Shown: positions 1 to 14,400 of the stretch, in pieces
How positions within the stretch are numbered: the first letter of the stretch is position 1
How the letters are laid out: every line of letters starts with the position of its first letter
Assembly: GCA_964016885.1 (NCBI GenBank)
Contig: OZ024743.1
Span: 261,454,001 to 261,518,000, forward strand
Length of the DNA: 64,000 nucleotides
Direction of reading: 5' to 3'
Source of the DNA: Eledone cirrhosa
Lineage: Eukaryota
Notes under the pieces: generated by a model
Told to the model about the DNA's origin: nothing
The model's database searches: none
The model's input: the letters and a program-made list of their open reading frames with translations, nothing else
Program-made: the position numbers and the translations under genes

Positions 1-272
1 GTATGTGTGTGTGCGTGTGTGTGGGTCATTATCATCCTCATCATTTAACTGAAGTTTTCCCTGCTAGCAATAGTTGGATAATTCTTCACAGAATGAATTA
101 GTACAAAAGTATGGCTACTGGCCTCTTGTGCTGGTGGCCTGCATCAATGCTTACATATATCCCCATGCACTGCCAAGTATATATATCTTCTTATATAAGG
201 TAAGTAAAAAAAAAAAAAACATGAAAATATAACAATATCAGACAAGAGTACACTGCAATAGTGGTACAATGT

Positions 273-628
273 TATAATTGTTTCTACTTTTGGCACAAGG
301 CCAACAATTATCGAAGTGTATTACTGGTACTTTATTTTATTGACCCCGTAAGGATGGATGGCAAAGTTAACCTTGGTGGGATTTGAACTCAGACCATATA
401 GGGCCGTAACTCTTGGCTGCAGAGCATGGTACAATAATATAATTGTTTCTACTTTTGGCACAAGGCCAGCAATTATCTCAGTACATTACTGGTACTTTAT
501 TTTATCGACCTCGAAAGGATGAAAGGCAAAGTGAACCTCGGCGGGATTTGAACTCAGTCTATAAGGGGGCGTAAGTCTATGCTGCAAAGCATGGCATCCA
601 ACTTTCTACCGATACTGCCAATCCCCCA
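273..628 (-). mobile_element. Two tandem OK-type tRNA-derived SINE copies
   Basis: Two diverged copies of ...tactggtactttattttatcgacc..aaggatgaaaggcaaagt..cctcggcgggatttgaactcag (B-box on minus strand); same family recurs across the window. Confidence 0.7.
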
Positions 629-799
629 ATGCTTATAAGAAGTTAGAAAAGAATCGTAACATTTTGGACGCTAGTTCTTCATTGGAAAAGCAGAGAGAAG
701 ACTTTTGGGAGAGAGTAGAAAAAGGGAAGATAGACGATAGAAGAAAAAAAAAGAGAAATTGCCCACAAATCAGAAGTGTTTATTTTTGATATGCATAAA

Positions 800-1131
800 T
801 ACAGAAGACCCGCCTTCCCATGTGCACAGGTTGAAGCATACATCTAGTATGCACCACCTTCCCCTCCACCCCACCCCACCCGTGTGCACAGACTAAAGCA
901 TACATCTACTATGCACCAACTTCCCCTCCTTCAGCCTTTCTATACACCTCCATGTCGTAACACCCCACACACATCCTACTGTAAATGTGGAAGGGCATCC
1001 AGCCATAGAAACCAAGCCAAGATCAGTTCTGTATGTGCAAGACATGGTCACCTGACCTGGCTTGTATCACAACAGGATAACTTGTCTAACCTATGGTAGT
1101 GTGCAAAATGGACGTTAAACAGTGATGGTGA
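800..1131 (+). mobile_element. RTE LINE 3' tail fragment
   Basis: ggaagggcatccagc...ggacgttaaac + gat tail shared with longer RTE copies. Confidence 0.6.
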
Positions 1132-1148
1132 TAGATATATATATATAT

Positions 1149-3982
1149 ATCATCATCATCATCGTTTTACGTCGATTCTTCCACTCTAGCATGGGTTAGA
1201 TGGGTTGTCCTGTTGTGGGCAGTGTCTGGTCGTCTGACCTTGTCTTGCTCATACAGGAACTGATTTTGGCTTGATTTCTACAGCTGGATGCCCTTCCTAA
1301 CACCAACCTCATTTACAGTGAGCACTGGGTGCTTTTTTCCGTGGCGCCTACACGCCCACTTTATAGTGTGGTCTGGGTGCTTTTTTGTTGTGACACCTCC
1401 ACGACCACTTTGAAGCGGGAGGGGATGGGGGCATATTACCTATATGCTTCGGCTAGTTCCCGTGGAATGTCGGGTCTTCTATATTACTGTGTGACGCCAG
1501 AGGTCATGGTCCTGTGTCATTGCCGTTGAGAGGTGCAATTGGGCAAGGTCCGCTTTTATCACCTCATCCCAGGTCTTCTTGGGTCTCCCTACTCCACAGC
1601 TTCCATCAACTTTTAGTGCTCTGCACCTTTTTATGCAGCTGTCATCCTTCATACGCATTACATATCCATACCAACGCAACCTCCTCTGCTGCACACAGCA
1701 TTTGATTCCTCTGATGCTCAGTCTCTCTCTCAATTCGTTTATGCTTTGCTGTTCGTATTACACATCCATCGGAGCATGCAAGCTTCGTTTCTTTCTAATC
1801 TACGCAAGTCTTCTATGCACAGTGCTCAGGTATTACTACCATGTAACATTGCTGTTCGTATGCACGCATCATACAGTTTGCCTTTCATTCTGAGGGAGAA
1901 GTCTTTTGTAGCCAGCAGTGGTAGTAGCTCCCTGAACTTCTTCCATCCATTCTTATTCTGGCTACTGTACTTTCGGAACACCCACCACACCTGCTAATTT
2001 GGTCACCTAAGTGGCAGAAGCTGTCTACTGTTTCTACAGAGCCCTCCGAGAATTTGGTAGCACATGTTTTCTGCAGTCGTTTGCTGCTTACTGTCCCAGT
2101 GCAATTGATACATGTAAAGCCTACATTCTTAGCTAAACTTCTTGAGATCCTACTACATTTCTTGTGTATCCATAGTTTGCATATGGGGTAGAGGATAGAG
2201 TTTCTACCTACACCTTTCCTACATACTGAGCAAGGCCATTTCCCAGAGGGGATCTGGGTTCTGTTTTCTTTTCTACTTACGAGCACCTTAGTCTTTGTCT
2301 GGTTGACTTTAAGACCCCTTCTTTCTAGGCCCTGCTTCTATGTTTGGAATTTCTTCTTTAGTTCCGCCATAGATTCAGCTATAAGTGTAAGATCATCCGC
2401 ATACAGAAGTTCCCATGGGCATCCGGTCTTAAACTCCTGTTATAGCCTGCAATGCTATAATAAACAGGAGAGAGGTAAGAACAAAGCCCTGGTAGACACA
2501 GACGTGTATGCTAATTCCTCGCTATAGTCATTGTTAACCCTAACTTTGCTGACTGTTCCCCTATACATGGCTTGTATAGCTTTCACAAGCCATTCATCTA
2601 CTCCTTGTTTTTTAAGAGCCCACCAGATTATAGCACAGGGCACTCTGTCAAAGGCTTTTTCCAGATCAAAAAATGCCAGGTAGAGTGGTTTACTTTTAGC
2701 TAGGTACTTTTCCTGTAACTGCCTCACAAGGAATAGACCCTCTGACGTGCTTTTTTTTCTGGCACAAACCCAAACTGCATCTCATCTAGTTTTACCTGGT
2801 CCCTAATCAGCTGTGCTATAACTCTTTCCGTTACTTTCATGACCTGGTCCATCAGCTTTATAGCTGTATAGTTTCATCTATCTAGTGCATCTCCTTTCTC
2901 CTTGTAGCAGTTGACAATGATGCTGCTGTGCCAATCCTCTGGTATGACACCCTCTTGTATTACCTGGTTAACAATACGTGTGGTGATGGTGTGGCCTACC
3001 GACCCAGGTACTTTCAGCATCTCGGCAGCTATACCTGATGGACCAGTTGCCTTCCCAGTCTTCATATCTCTAATTGCCTTACTTACTACACTGCTCCTGA
3101 CTTGTATTGCTGGTCCCTCTATAGGGTCCATTTGGGGTAGTCTCTCTTTTTCCCATGCATTCTCCTCATTTAGTAATCTTCCATAATGCTCTTTCACACG
3201 GTTTTCTTCTCGGCACTTGTGAGGGCAAGCTCACCTTTATCATTCTGGACACACTTCTCTCCAATGACATCACAATTTTCTCTAACACACTGCCTCGCAA
3301 TCCTGAACACCTGTTTCTGGTCCTCACACTGCAAAGCATGCTTGAATTTTCTATCCTCCACTTCCCTTCTAGCTAAGTATACTTGTCGCCTAGCTTCCCT
3401 CCTGGTCTCTATGTAATGTACCCTACTTCCCCTTTTCTTCCATTCTTTCCATGCCTTCTCTTGGCCTTAACTGCCTCATCTACCTTATTGTTCCACCACC
3501 ACCACCAAGTCACTCTCCTCCTGCCTGTGGTCTTACTCCAATCACAAATCTTGTCCTTCGCCTTTAGTAAGTTATTTTTTAGGAACTCCCAGTGCTCTTC
3601 TACATTGAATGTCTCTAACTGTTCTTCTTTACTGTCATAGGTGTCGAGTAAGATATCCTTAAATCTGTTACTGGCTGAAGGGTGTTTCAACTTCCAGATC
3701 TTTCTTCTCCAGGTTGCCTTCTGTTTCCAAGTTCGTCTAGTTCTGACAATGAGGTCGCTGACAACTAAGCTATGTTGGGAAGTACATTCCTCACCAGGGA
3801 AGGCTTTTGTGTTTATAACCGCCCATCTATCTCATCCTCTGATAAGGATAATATTTATCTGGCTAGAATGCTCCCCTGATCTATAGGTGATCAGATGGTT
3901 GTCGGGTTTTTTGAAGTTTGTGTTACATATCGACATGTCATATATATATATATGTGTATATGTATATAAAAATATGTATGTG

Positions 3983-4036
<54 letters not shown>

Positions 4037-4350
4037 CACATACATATCTGGGAGAGATGACCCCTTAGCCTTTGTCAAGGCAGAATTCTAGGAGAAGGAA
4101 AACTCTGATATAACACCTGCAACCCTGATGGTATCCAATGATGTTGACTTGTTCTTCTTTTTGGTAAATATCATCTTGGTTAAGAGAGTGGGACTGGCTT
4201 TGTGCAGTGCCTTTGCTCACTATAAAAGCTTCACGGCACAGGCATTGCTTTGTATCTGGAGATCTCTCTGCACTTGTCGTCACATGGTACCATGGGCCCA
4301 GCACTATGTGTCAATAATTGTCACAGGTGTAGTGTTTGTACCAGAGTTTT
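1149..4350 (-). mobile_element. Degenerate RTE-clade LINE (endonuclease + RT + PHD-like Cys module), interrupted by (TA)n
   Basis: ORF fragments LLEFCLDK, ICNTNFKK, GKATGPSGI, AFFDLEKAFDRVP, WPCSVCRKGVG..WIHKKC, RRLRWYGYVMRM, GRPKKTW; (gat)n tail; many stops and frameshifts. Confidence 0.85.
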
Positions 4351-4456
4351 CAAGTCTCTGGCTAGACTAAAAAGTCACACTCGTTCAGCGCATCGGTAGG
4401 GGTTCTCCTACATGAATATAAAGTAGTGGCCGTACTCGAAAACGAGTTGGCAGCCA

Positions 4457-4514
<58 letters not shown>

Positions 4515-4527
4515 GTATAAAGATATA

Positions 4528-5105
4528 TCATCATCATCATCATTTGTCATCTCTACTATGAGCTTCAGCAATTTCAGATCAGCTCTCACGTCTACCCAGA
4601 TCTTCCTTGATCTTCCCTTACTGCAGCTTCCTTCTACTGGGATTTCTTGGTGCTTCTTCACCTAACAATCATCATCCATGTTCATCACATGTCCATACCA
4701 GTTCAGTCTTCTCTTCTGCACACAACATCTGTTACCTCATATATTTAGTTTCTCTCACAATTCATCCATGTTTTGTCCTGCATGCACATTAACATTGCAC
4801 AGTCGAAGCTGACTTTCTTCATTTCTCTCCAGCCTTCATATATCCTTTGCAGTCACTGCCCATGTTTCAATAGCTCTTCTTCTTCACCCACTTATTCCTG
4901 AGAGGGTCGTGGGGGAGGAGTCCTCAAACACTCCTTCCAGTGGGTCCTGTCAGAAACAACCATCTCCAACTGAACCGGTTGGATCTTCAAGTGTGACTAA
5001 CTAAGCCCATGGATGTTATCCAACCATCTTGCTCGGGATCGACTCCTGGGTCTCCTGCCGGTTGGTTTTCCCTGTTAAATCTGTCCAGAAATTCTCGTTT
5101 TTCTT
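4528..5105 (-). mobile_element. Two adjacent LINE 3' fragments (RTE-like; second has a (gaa)n tail)
   Basis: GRSRKIW-type C-terminus with gat tail; the cttcttcacccacttattcctgagaggg end recurs at about 55760. Confidence 0.5.
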
Positions 5106-5168
5106 CTATAAAATATTTTATTGATATAATTTTTCTATAAACTAACTTGAAAACTTTTACTGCAACAG

Positions 5169-5308
5169 TTCCAGGTTATCCTCAGAAGATTGAAACAATT
5201 TTAATAAACTCTACCACGGTGTTAATCAATTGGGAACCTCCTAAGTATAAGCATACAGAAATAGTGAGATATACTGTCTATGGATTCCATAAACAAAATT
5301 ATTGTTCT
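5169..5308 (+). CDS. Cytokine receptor exon: first half of FN3 (xPGYPQKIETILINSTTVLINWEPPKYKHTEIVRYTVYGFHKQNYCS)
   Basis: caacag acceptor, gtaagt donor, FN3 signature W-x-P-P...Y-x-V. Confidence 0.85.
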
Positions 5309-8300
5309 GTAAGTATCTTATTTATTTTGTTTTTGAGGTCTAAACACTATGACCTCGGTACTATGGCCAATTTATTGGGAATGTGAAATAAACTTTTCTG
5401 AAGTTATTATTATCAGCAGCATCTTTTTTACATCCATTTTCCATCCTGGCATGAATGGGACAATTTGTTAGGGTCTGAGTCAGTTCTTATTGAAAAATAC
5501 TTTTCCTCTAGAAATATTGGAGGTGGAGAGGGGGCATACATCTTGATCATATGTTCTATTTTGGCATGATTTCTCCAACTATATACCCTTTCAACCACCA
5601 ACCACTTTACAGAGTGTATTAGGAGCTTTTTATCATGGCACCATTGTGTTAATTGTGGTCAATAGTTGTTTACTTTGTCTAGGGGCACAACACAATGGTT
5701 ACAGCAATTTTTAAACTTATGATCATGTAGTCCAGCAGATCCTATCTTAGGGATTGCAACCAAAATTGGGTTGGCAAATAATTTTACCAAAATATTTTTA
5801 TTTTTGCAATATTTAATAAGTACTTGTACATAATGCATGCTTTGACTAAATAAAGGTAAATTTATTCTATAAACAATGGTTTTTGTCTCAGATACAATAC
5901 TAATATTACTGGCAAAAATGTTAGAGCATCGGACAAAATAGTTTTGTGTATTTAGTTATGGCTCTTTATATTCTGAGTTCAAATCCCACTAATGTTGACT
6001 TTGCTTTTCATCCTTCTGATGGTTATAGAAAGTTACGGAGTAGGTAGACCCAGAATACCTGGGACAACATGATAAAATCCGACCTTGCACACTTACACCT
6101 CTCTAATACAATGTCACTGGATCGAGACCCGCCTTCCCTACATACAAAGTTAAACCTACAGTCAGTAGGCACCTTTTAACCAAATATACACCCAATCCAC
6201 TACTCCTACTCCATCCTCCCTCTCCCACTAACACCACCTTTTCTATGTTATGTTGGAACCACAACATCCAGTCCAAATTAAAGTGGTTGTGTAGGTGTCA
6301 CAACAAAAAAGCACCCAGTCCACGCTGTAAATGTGGTTGGTGTTAGGAAGGGCATCCAGCCTTAGAAAACCTGCCAGATACAGTCCTATACGAGCGAGAC
6401 ATGGTCACCCGATCAATCTTGCCTCAAGTGGGACAATTCCCGTCTAACCCATGCTAGTGTGGAAGATAGACGTTAAACGATGTTTAGAATAGGTACACTG
6501 TCTCCTTGCATGTTGTAAAAGATGTGTAAAAGGGTTGGTGTCAGCAAGGACATCTGGCAATAAAGCATGGCTTCAAAATAGGTGCCCAAGATGAATATGA
6601 AACCTGTCAGGGGATTTGCATGGTTAGTCCTTGTTTTAGCAGAGGAAAATAGCCTTCGCCCTTATTTTCTACTGGCTCATTTGCTTGAGTCACTCCACTT
6701 TCTACAAGCTCACTTGCCTGATCTACTTCACTTTCTATTTCCAGCTTAATCTCTACACAGTTACTCCAATTCCAACTTGCTTATCCTTCCATCACTTCTT
6801 ATTACACGAGCCTGATTATTATTATTATTATTATTATTATTCTTTGAGTCTCAGTCATTGATGTTATTTAACTGGAAAGTTTGTTGAAATGAATATCAAG
6901 CCGCTACCTGCAGCCCCAGATATTCAGGACGTATCGGAGGGTTCTTGCTATTCCCAGCAAGCATGCCTTTTGAAGTGTTCCAAAAAGCGGGGCTCGACTA
7001 ACTTTCTTTAACTATCCTTGGAAACTCTTTGAGATATTACCTAGTGCGCCTATGACAATCGGGACGACTCTGACTTAATGGCAGTTCCAAATCCTTTTTA
7101 CCTCTCACTTTAAGTCCTGGTATCGGTTAATTTTCTTCCTCTCCTTCTCTTGCACTCTCGTGTCGAATGGGCAGGCCACGTCCACAATCAGGCACAATCT
7201 TTTTTCCTTGTCCAAAGCCACCAGGTCAGGTCTATTGTGTTCCAATTTCTTATCCGTCTGTATCCTAAAATCCTACAGAACCTTCACCTTATCGTTTTCT
7301 ATCACCGACTCTGGCTTATGCTCATACCACTTCTCAGAATGTGGTAAATTGTTTACTTTGCATAGGTGCCAGTGGATCACCCTGTCCATCACATCATGTC
7401 TCCAGCCTTTATAGTGAGTCTGGGCTAGGTGTTTACACTCGGATACAATGTGAGCCACAGTCTCCTCTCTCTCTCCACAGATCCTACACAGTAAGCTAGC
7501 CTCCTCCTTGTAAATATGGTGTTTCACCCACTTCATTTTGAGTGCCTGCTCTTGCGCAGCCATTAGCATTCCTTCTGTAGCCTTTTTAAGGTCTCCTCTT
7601 TTTAACCAGTTCCATGACTGTGGATCTCTAAATTCAGTTTTCTCAAAGAAGGTACTATGAAGGGATTTTTCATGAAGGTTCCTCCTTGGACAATCCCCTG
7701 GTCTATTGTTCTCTCCTTCAGTACAGTTCTGAGCATTGGCTCCCTACTGTCAGTCACGTATTTGTGCAGGTTGTTTTTCTCCATCTGAACACAGTCCTCT
7801 ATGCTGATAAGACCTCTTCCACCTTCAGATCTCTTTAAGTAGAGTCTATCGACATCACTCCTCTTGTGGAACATGTTGTAGATAGTCAATAGCTTCCTAG
7901 TCTTCCTATCCATTTCTTTTTGTTCAGCAACATTCCATTTCAGAATTTCCAACTGTACCTAATAATAGACACAGCTCGGGAATTCACTTCACTTATGACA
8001 TTCCTACTATTTAGATGTGATTTTAATACCTTACTCTCCTAATGTACTCAGATCTTATCAATTCCTTCATTTTTTTGTTCTTGATGTCATCTGCCTCCAG
8101 AACACCTAAATATTTGTATCCTTCTTCAGTATCAATTTCCTTTATCATCTCACCTGTTGGTACCTGGATTCCGTTGCTTCTGCTCAATTTACCCCTCTTC
8201 ATCACTAGGACTCCACACTTATTAACACCAAATTGCAACATATTTCACTGCTGAAAATACGGACAGTGTCAACAAGTACATCCAAGTCCTTCTCACTCTT

Positions 8301-11300
8301 CCCAAAGAGTTTAAGATCATCCATGAAGAGGAGGTGGTTGATGGTAAGCTCTCCTTTTCCCAACTTGTATCCTGCTCTCACTTTTCGCAGTATAATGGTC
8401 AGGGGTATCAGGGCAAGGACAAACAACAGAGGGGACAGACTATCTCCCTGGAAGATACCTCTCTTGATCTTCACGCCTCCCAAGGATTCTCCACCCGATG
8501 TTAACTCTGTTTCCCAGGACTTCATACTTTTGCTCAACAACTATCTGATGTTATCTGCCACCTTGAAGATCTCTAGGCTTTTGGTTATCCAAGAATGAGG
8601 TACCATGTCGAATGCCTTTTTGTAGTCTATCCATCCCATGGCAAGACCAGTGTGTCTCCTCTTGCAATTCTTCATTACCATCTTATCAATAAGTAGCTGG
8701 TCTTTTGTATCACGGGACTTCTTTCGGCATCCTTTCTGTTCATCTTGTAACAAGTTGTTTGTGTGGAGGTGATGGTAGATTTCCTCAGACACAATGGTTG
8801 TTAACAGTTTCCACATTACAGATAGACATGTGATAGGTCTATAGTTAGTAACATCATTACCCTTGATTCGGTCTTTCATTACCAGGACTGTGGTACCCTT
8901 TGTCAAACACTCTGGTACCTCACCCGACATCAAGCAGTCATTGAACATGGTTGTCAGTTTCGGGTGGAGGGATGTTATATTTTTAATCCAATACCCCTGC
9001 ACACCATCTGGGCCTGGTGATTTCCAGTTGGTTAGTTTTCTGGCCTGCCCTTTAAGAGTTTCAACTGTGATACTTAAATTAGTTTGTTGGTGTGCTTGTT
9101 CACTAATCTCCTTTTGTACTGTCTCAATCCACACTGCCTGATCATTATGTTCAACATCCTGCTCCCATATTCCTCTCCAGAATGTCTTAGTCTGTTCCGC
9201 CTCAGGGATCAAGTCGTTGCCTCTTTCTTTCCCTTCAAGCTGCCCAAACAACATCTTCTGGTTGTTGTCGTCAAACATGTGGTTCTGTCTATACTGACTG
9301 ATTCTGCTCTCATACTGCCTAATCTTTGCACTCTTTGCTACAATGCGTTGCTTCAGTTCCTCTATGATAATATTTAGCTTTTTCCTCCTAGTTTTGTACT
9401 TTATTTCCAGTCTATTTTTAGTGTCTATGTTTTGTAGTGTCCCATTCAGTAGGGACTCAAGCTTTCCAATGTCATTTCTCATTTCCCTGATTTGACCATT
9501 CAGTCGTTTCTTCCACCAAGGTTCTGATCTTTCTTGTTTGTTGTTTCCTCTCGTTTTTATGCCAAGTAATTTCCTCAGCGCATTTGCTGTTGCTTTGAGG
9601 ATATTGTTGCATTGGTGAAGGTTCCTCAAGGTATGGGCTGACTTTGTTTACCTTAGCTGTTGTTTCTTTTAACTTTTTCCTGTTTACAAATCTTAGGTTC
9701 ATAGGTTTCCCACTATCATTGTTCATTTCATCTACCACTAAGTTTAGGATATCAACCAAATCTTGTCCTAGCCCGTCAGCATTCATTTCCTCAATGGCCG
9801 TATCTTTGTTCCAGATGTTATTTATTTCAGCATTCAGATCATTGTCTGCTTCGGATGGTTCCTCCGTTCTCTCAACCTCTTTACCTTCATTTCCCACTGG
9901 CTCGTTTGCCTGGCATACTCCACTCTCCATTTCCAACCTAATCTCTCTGCTCAGTTCCTCCAGTTCCAACTCGCTTATCCATCCATTAGTTCTTATTACC
10001 TGGGCCTGCCTGGCCAATTTTTGTTCATCTAATTTAAATAGACCAATCTCGTTCCAGATGTTAAGCCTTTTTCCTTGGAGTTATTCTTCAGGTAACATTG
10101 CATAACAGTTCTATTCAATTCTTTCGTCCAGTTGGTTCTTGTCCCTTTCCTTCTTCATCTTCCTCCAACACCAGCAGTATTTGGATGACAGCCAGGTCCC
10201 TGCTGCTGGGCGAGGGAGCACCTGCTGAGTGAGAGTCTGTCACATAACGTTCCAGTCTCCTCTTCACCGTTATTCGAACTGTTTAGGTTCGACATTTAAA
10301 CACTCATATCGAGGATTGGTGAATGTATGGTTACATAACCCCCGGTGATTTCATCACTCCCCTGTGATTTTAGCATGGCACCATCACGCTGTAGACAAAC
10401 ATAAATAAATAAACAAATAAATAGATAAAAACTTTAAAAAATAAACATAAGTTTCATTGTAATGTTTGAATGTCTGATTTAGTTTTTTTTTTGTTTGTTT
10501 TTTTCCTTTGCGTTTTTCGTTTTTCGAGGCCAGTAACAACGGTTACTAGTGTTGTTGCTGCTGCTAAGGGAAGTAGGGGTTGTTGTGTTCAAAACTATTG
10601 AAATTTGTGTTTGTTGTTGCGTTTGCTTCTGTCTGTGTTCTGTTCTATAATTTTTCGACTTGTTGCTTATCATTATTATTTTTTTTTTCCTTTCATCCTT
10701 ACGGGGCCGACAAAACAAAGCACCAGCAACACACCGGGACAATTGCTGGCCCCGTGCCAAAAGCATAAACAATTATTATTATTATATTATAGTTTAGATT
10801 TGACATCGTTTAAACTAAACATTTTGAGAGAGTTTAGAGATACAACCACATAATTATTTTGGTGTTGTTGTTGTTGTCGTCAGCTGTTTGACCGAGTCAC
10901 TAACCCAGTCTATTTATATCTTTTGATACCTTCCTCGCTTCTTTTCATGTGTAGCGGCATCACCACCCTCTCTTAAGTAGTGAGGGAATAGTGGTGGTAG
11001 CGATGATGCAGTGGTGGCGGTGGTGATGGGATAGCAGTACTATAGGGATGGTGCTGGTTTGTATTTGGCTAGATTTTTTGTGGTAGTGGTGTTGGTGATG
11101 GTGGCGACGGCGGTGGTGGTGTTGGTGGTGAAGTTATTTGGCTGTTGTTTTCTAGCCATTTTCTTTTCTGACTATAAAATTTCTGGTACAAAATTAAATA
11201 TTAAATATTGGAGCCCTATGCCATAATGTGATGCGTTGCCACTTCCTGAGAGTTAAGACTGATATCTTATGTTCCATTTGTAATAAGAATTATTCTATCA

Positions 11301-11382
11301 CAATTGTTTTAAATATGTAAAAAAATCAAAAACTTACGGGAGCGATTCCATAACACTCTATCCACCATGTGCGTATCTTCCC

Positions 11383-11415
<33 letters not shown>

Positions 11416-14400
11416 AGTTGCATTTATCTTGCTTTATGTTCATACGAGTTATCACCAAGTCACAACCAGTGACCTCAAGAGACAACAAGGTCCGCCATGT
11501 TCAAGAAAGAACATACACACGCACACACATGCATCTTTAGGTGTTTAGACTTATGATGTACTTATATTGACAGAATCTTCCTTAGTATATGGGCAGTTCC
11601 CATTAGTACTATCTTTTGTATTTCTCCTATACGCGGGTTTCCTGGGATTTGCGATAAGTAATCATTAGACCCATTAGGTATCATTCCTAGAGCGCCTACA
11701 ACCACTGGTATTGTTTTAGTTCTCAATTTCCACATTTTTCCAATTTCTATCTCCAGGTCCTTATACTTGCTTAATTTTTCAAATGTTTTTATAGATACAT
11801 TCTTGTCTATTGGAATGGACATATCAATTAGCAGGCATACCCTCTTTTTAAAGTCCTTCAGTATTATATCAGGTCTATTTGCATCTATTTTTCGGTCTGT
11901 TTGGATGCTAAAGTTCCACAAGATTGAGATGTGATCTTTTTCAAGTATGGGAAGTGGTTGATGCTCCCACCAATTCTTTTGATGGGGCAGGTCAAAATGC
12001 TTACACATTATCTAATGTATGTATTGTGCAGTTCTGTCATGCCTGTTTAGGTATTCGGTTGGAGCTATAGGACTGCACATTGAAATTATATGATCAATGG
12101 TCTCTGGTTATTTTTTACATACACGGCATAATGGATTGCATCCATTTTTTATTATGTTGGCTTGGTAATTTTTTGTTGGCAGACACTGATCTTGTGCTGA
12201 TATAATCAGTCCTTCAGTCTCCGATTTCAGTCCAGAGGATGCCAACCACTGATGGGTTAAAGTTTTGTCAACATCAGGATTGTTAGCTCTTTCTGGGTAT
12301 TTTCCATACAGAGGCTTTTCTTGCCATTTCTTAGCCAGTTTCTGTAGCAGTTCTTTCTTTGCAGTTACTTTTACCTGCTTTGCTTTTTCTGTGTTTTTCA
12401 TTTCAGCAGTAAATGGAACTTCTGAAATTTGTAGTCCATTACTGTATCTTTGTGCATCTTTTGTAATGGAGTATGATCTTTTGATGCTTTCGTGTTTCAA
12501 AACGAGTTTGATAATCCAATCATGTGATTCCCTTAGATATGTAGATAATCCAATTGTTGCAGTTTTCAACGCAATATCTAACTGGATTAACCCACGTCCT
12601 CCTTCTTTCCTAGGGAGATATATTCTATCTGTATCTGCCTTAGGGTGATGCATTCTGTGCATGGTTAAGAATTTTCTCATTTTTGTGTCGAGCCTACGGA
12701 TCTCTGTGCTTGACCAGTTGATGACATCCAGGTTACTACTGGTATGGCATCGATCCTATTCCTTGCATTCAATTCCGTTCTTAAGATTGTTCTTACTCTG
12801 CAGTAACATTCTTTCCTTATCTTTTATTCCCTCATTGTCGAGTGCTTGATTCCGTCCCCTTCACAAACACCTAGATATTTGTAAGTTTCCTCTTGATCAA
12901 GTTCTTTTATCACATTCCCCCGATCAAGATTAATGTTTGAAATTTTCAGCAGCTTTCCTCTGGTAAACGTTGCTTTGGCGCATTTATCTAGTCCAAACTC
13001 CATTTTAATGTCATCACTGAACTGCTTCACAGTAGATAATAGCCCTTCCAATTGTTCATCATTTTTTGCAAATAGTTTCAGGTCATCCATGTAGAACAAG
13101 TGATTAATGGTTTTGTCATAGACTTTATATCCATGTTTTGTTTCATTGAGCATTTTACTTAATGGTATAAGTGTGATGCAGAATAAAAGCGGTGATAAAG
13201 AGTCACCCTGAAAAATTCCACAATTAATATTAACTTCTCCAGCTTCCAGTGTTTTTTTCACTATTCAAAAGGACTGTCGTTTTCCATGTCTTCATACTGA
13301 ATGACAGGAACTTCCTGACAACGGGAGATATTTTGAAAATCTCTAAGGTGCAGAGTGCTCCAAGTTGATGGAAGTGGAGTGGGCAGACTCAGGAAAACTT
13401 GCGACAAGATGGTAAAAGATGACCTTGCCCAACAGCACCTCTTAAAGGTGATGACACAGGACCGGGATCTCTGGCATTATGCGGTAATACAGAAAACCCG
13501 ACTTCCCACAAGCACAAGCCAAAGATGAAGTTTATGTATAATATTCACCACCCCACGCCTCTCATACATACATCCAGTGAAACCTCCAACCCACACTGTA
13601 AAGTAGCCATGATGGTAACACAACAAAAATCATCCAGTACTCAGTGCAAATGAGGTTGGCGCTAGGGAGGGCATCCAGCTGTAGAAACCAAGCCAAAATC
13701 AGTTCTGAATGAGCATGACGTGATCACCTGACCTAGCATTGCTCACAACAGGATAACTCATCAAACCCATGCCAGCGTGGAAGAATGGCTGTAAAACAGC
13801 GATGATGATATGACTTTCTTTTTTTTCTTCATGACTCCTTCCTTCGATAGAACAGATTTTAATATATCTAATATCTGTCAATAGACTTGTTTGTGCCAAT
13901 ATCATATCACTCCAGATCTGTATAGGAGCCTTACCTATGCCTATGTCAAATCCCTCCAGATGTAGCTTTATATGGAGACATGTCTCTAGCAACCAAACCC
14001 CCAAGTTGCCCTGATATCTTATTTCTGTGTTTCCTTGTTTTTCAGAGTAACTTAACATGGAGCTATGTCACTAGCAACCAAACCTCTAAATTGCTGTCAA
14101 TATATAGAGATCTCAGGGCCTACACTTTTGCTGTGTCAACAGAAAATCACAAAGGATCAAGTGGATTATTCTGGACAACTTGCTATTTCACTTTAACAAG
14201 TATTTTTATTCTTTAATTCTTATACTCTTTTACTATTTCCACTCATTAGACTGCAGCCATACTGGGACACTGCCTTCATTTAGTCAATCATAATCATATC
14301 AACCCCGGTGCATTACTTTTCTTTTCAAGTCTGGTACTTATTCTCATCATCATCATCATCATCATTATTTAACGTCCATCTTCCACGCTAGCATGGGTTT

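Noticed and set aside
90-205. Upstream receptor exon ending at the AAG|GTAAGT donor at 200
   Set aside because: The phase needed to join 5169 has an in-frame TAA just before the donor, and there is no FN3-like translation.
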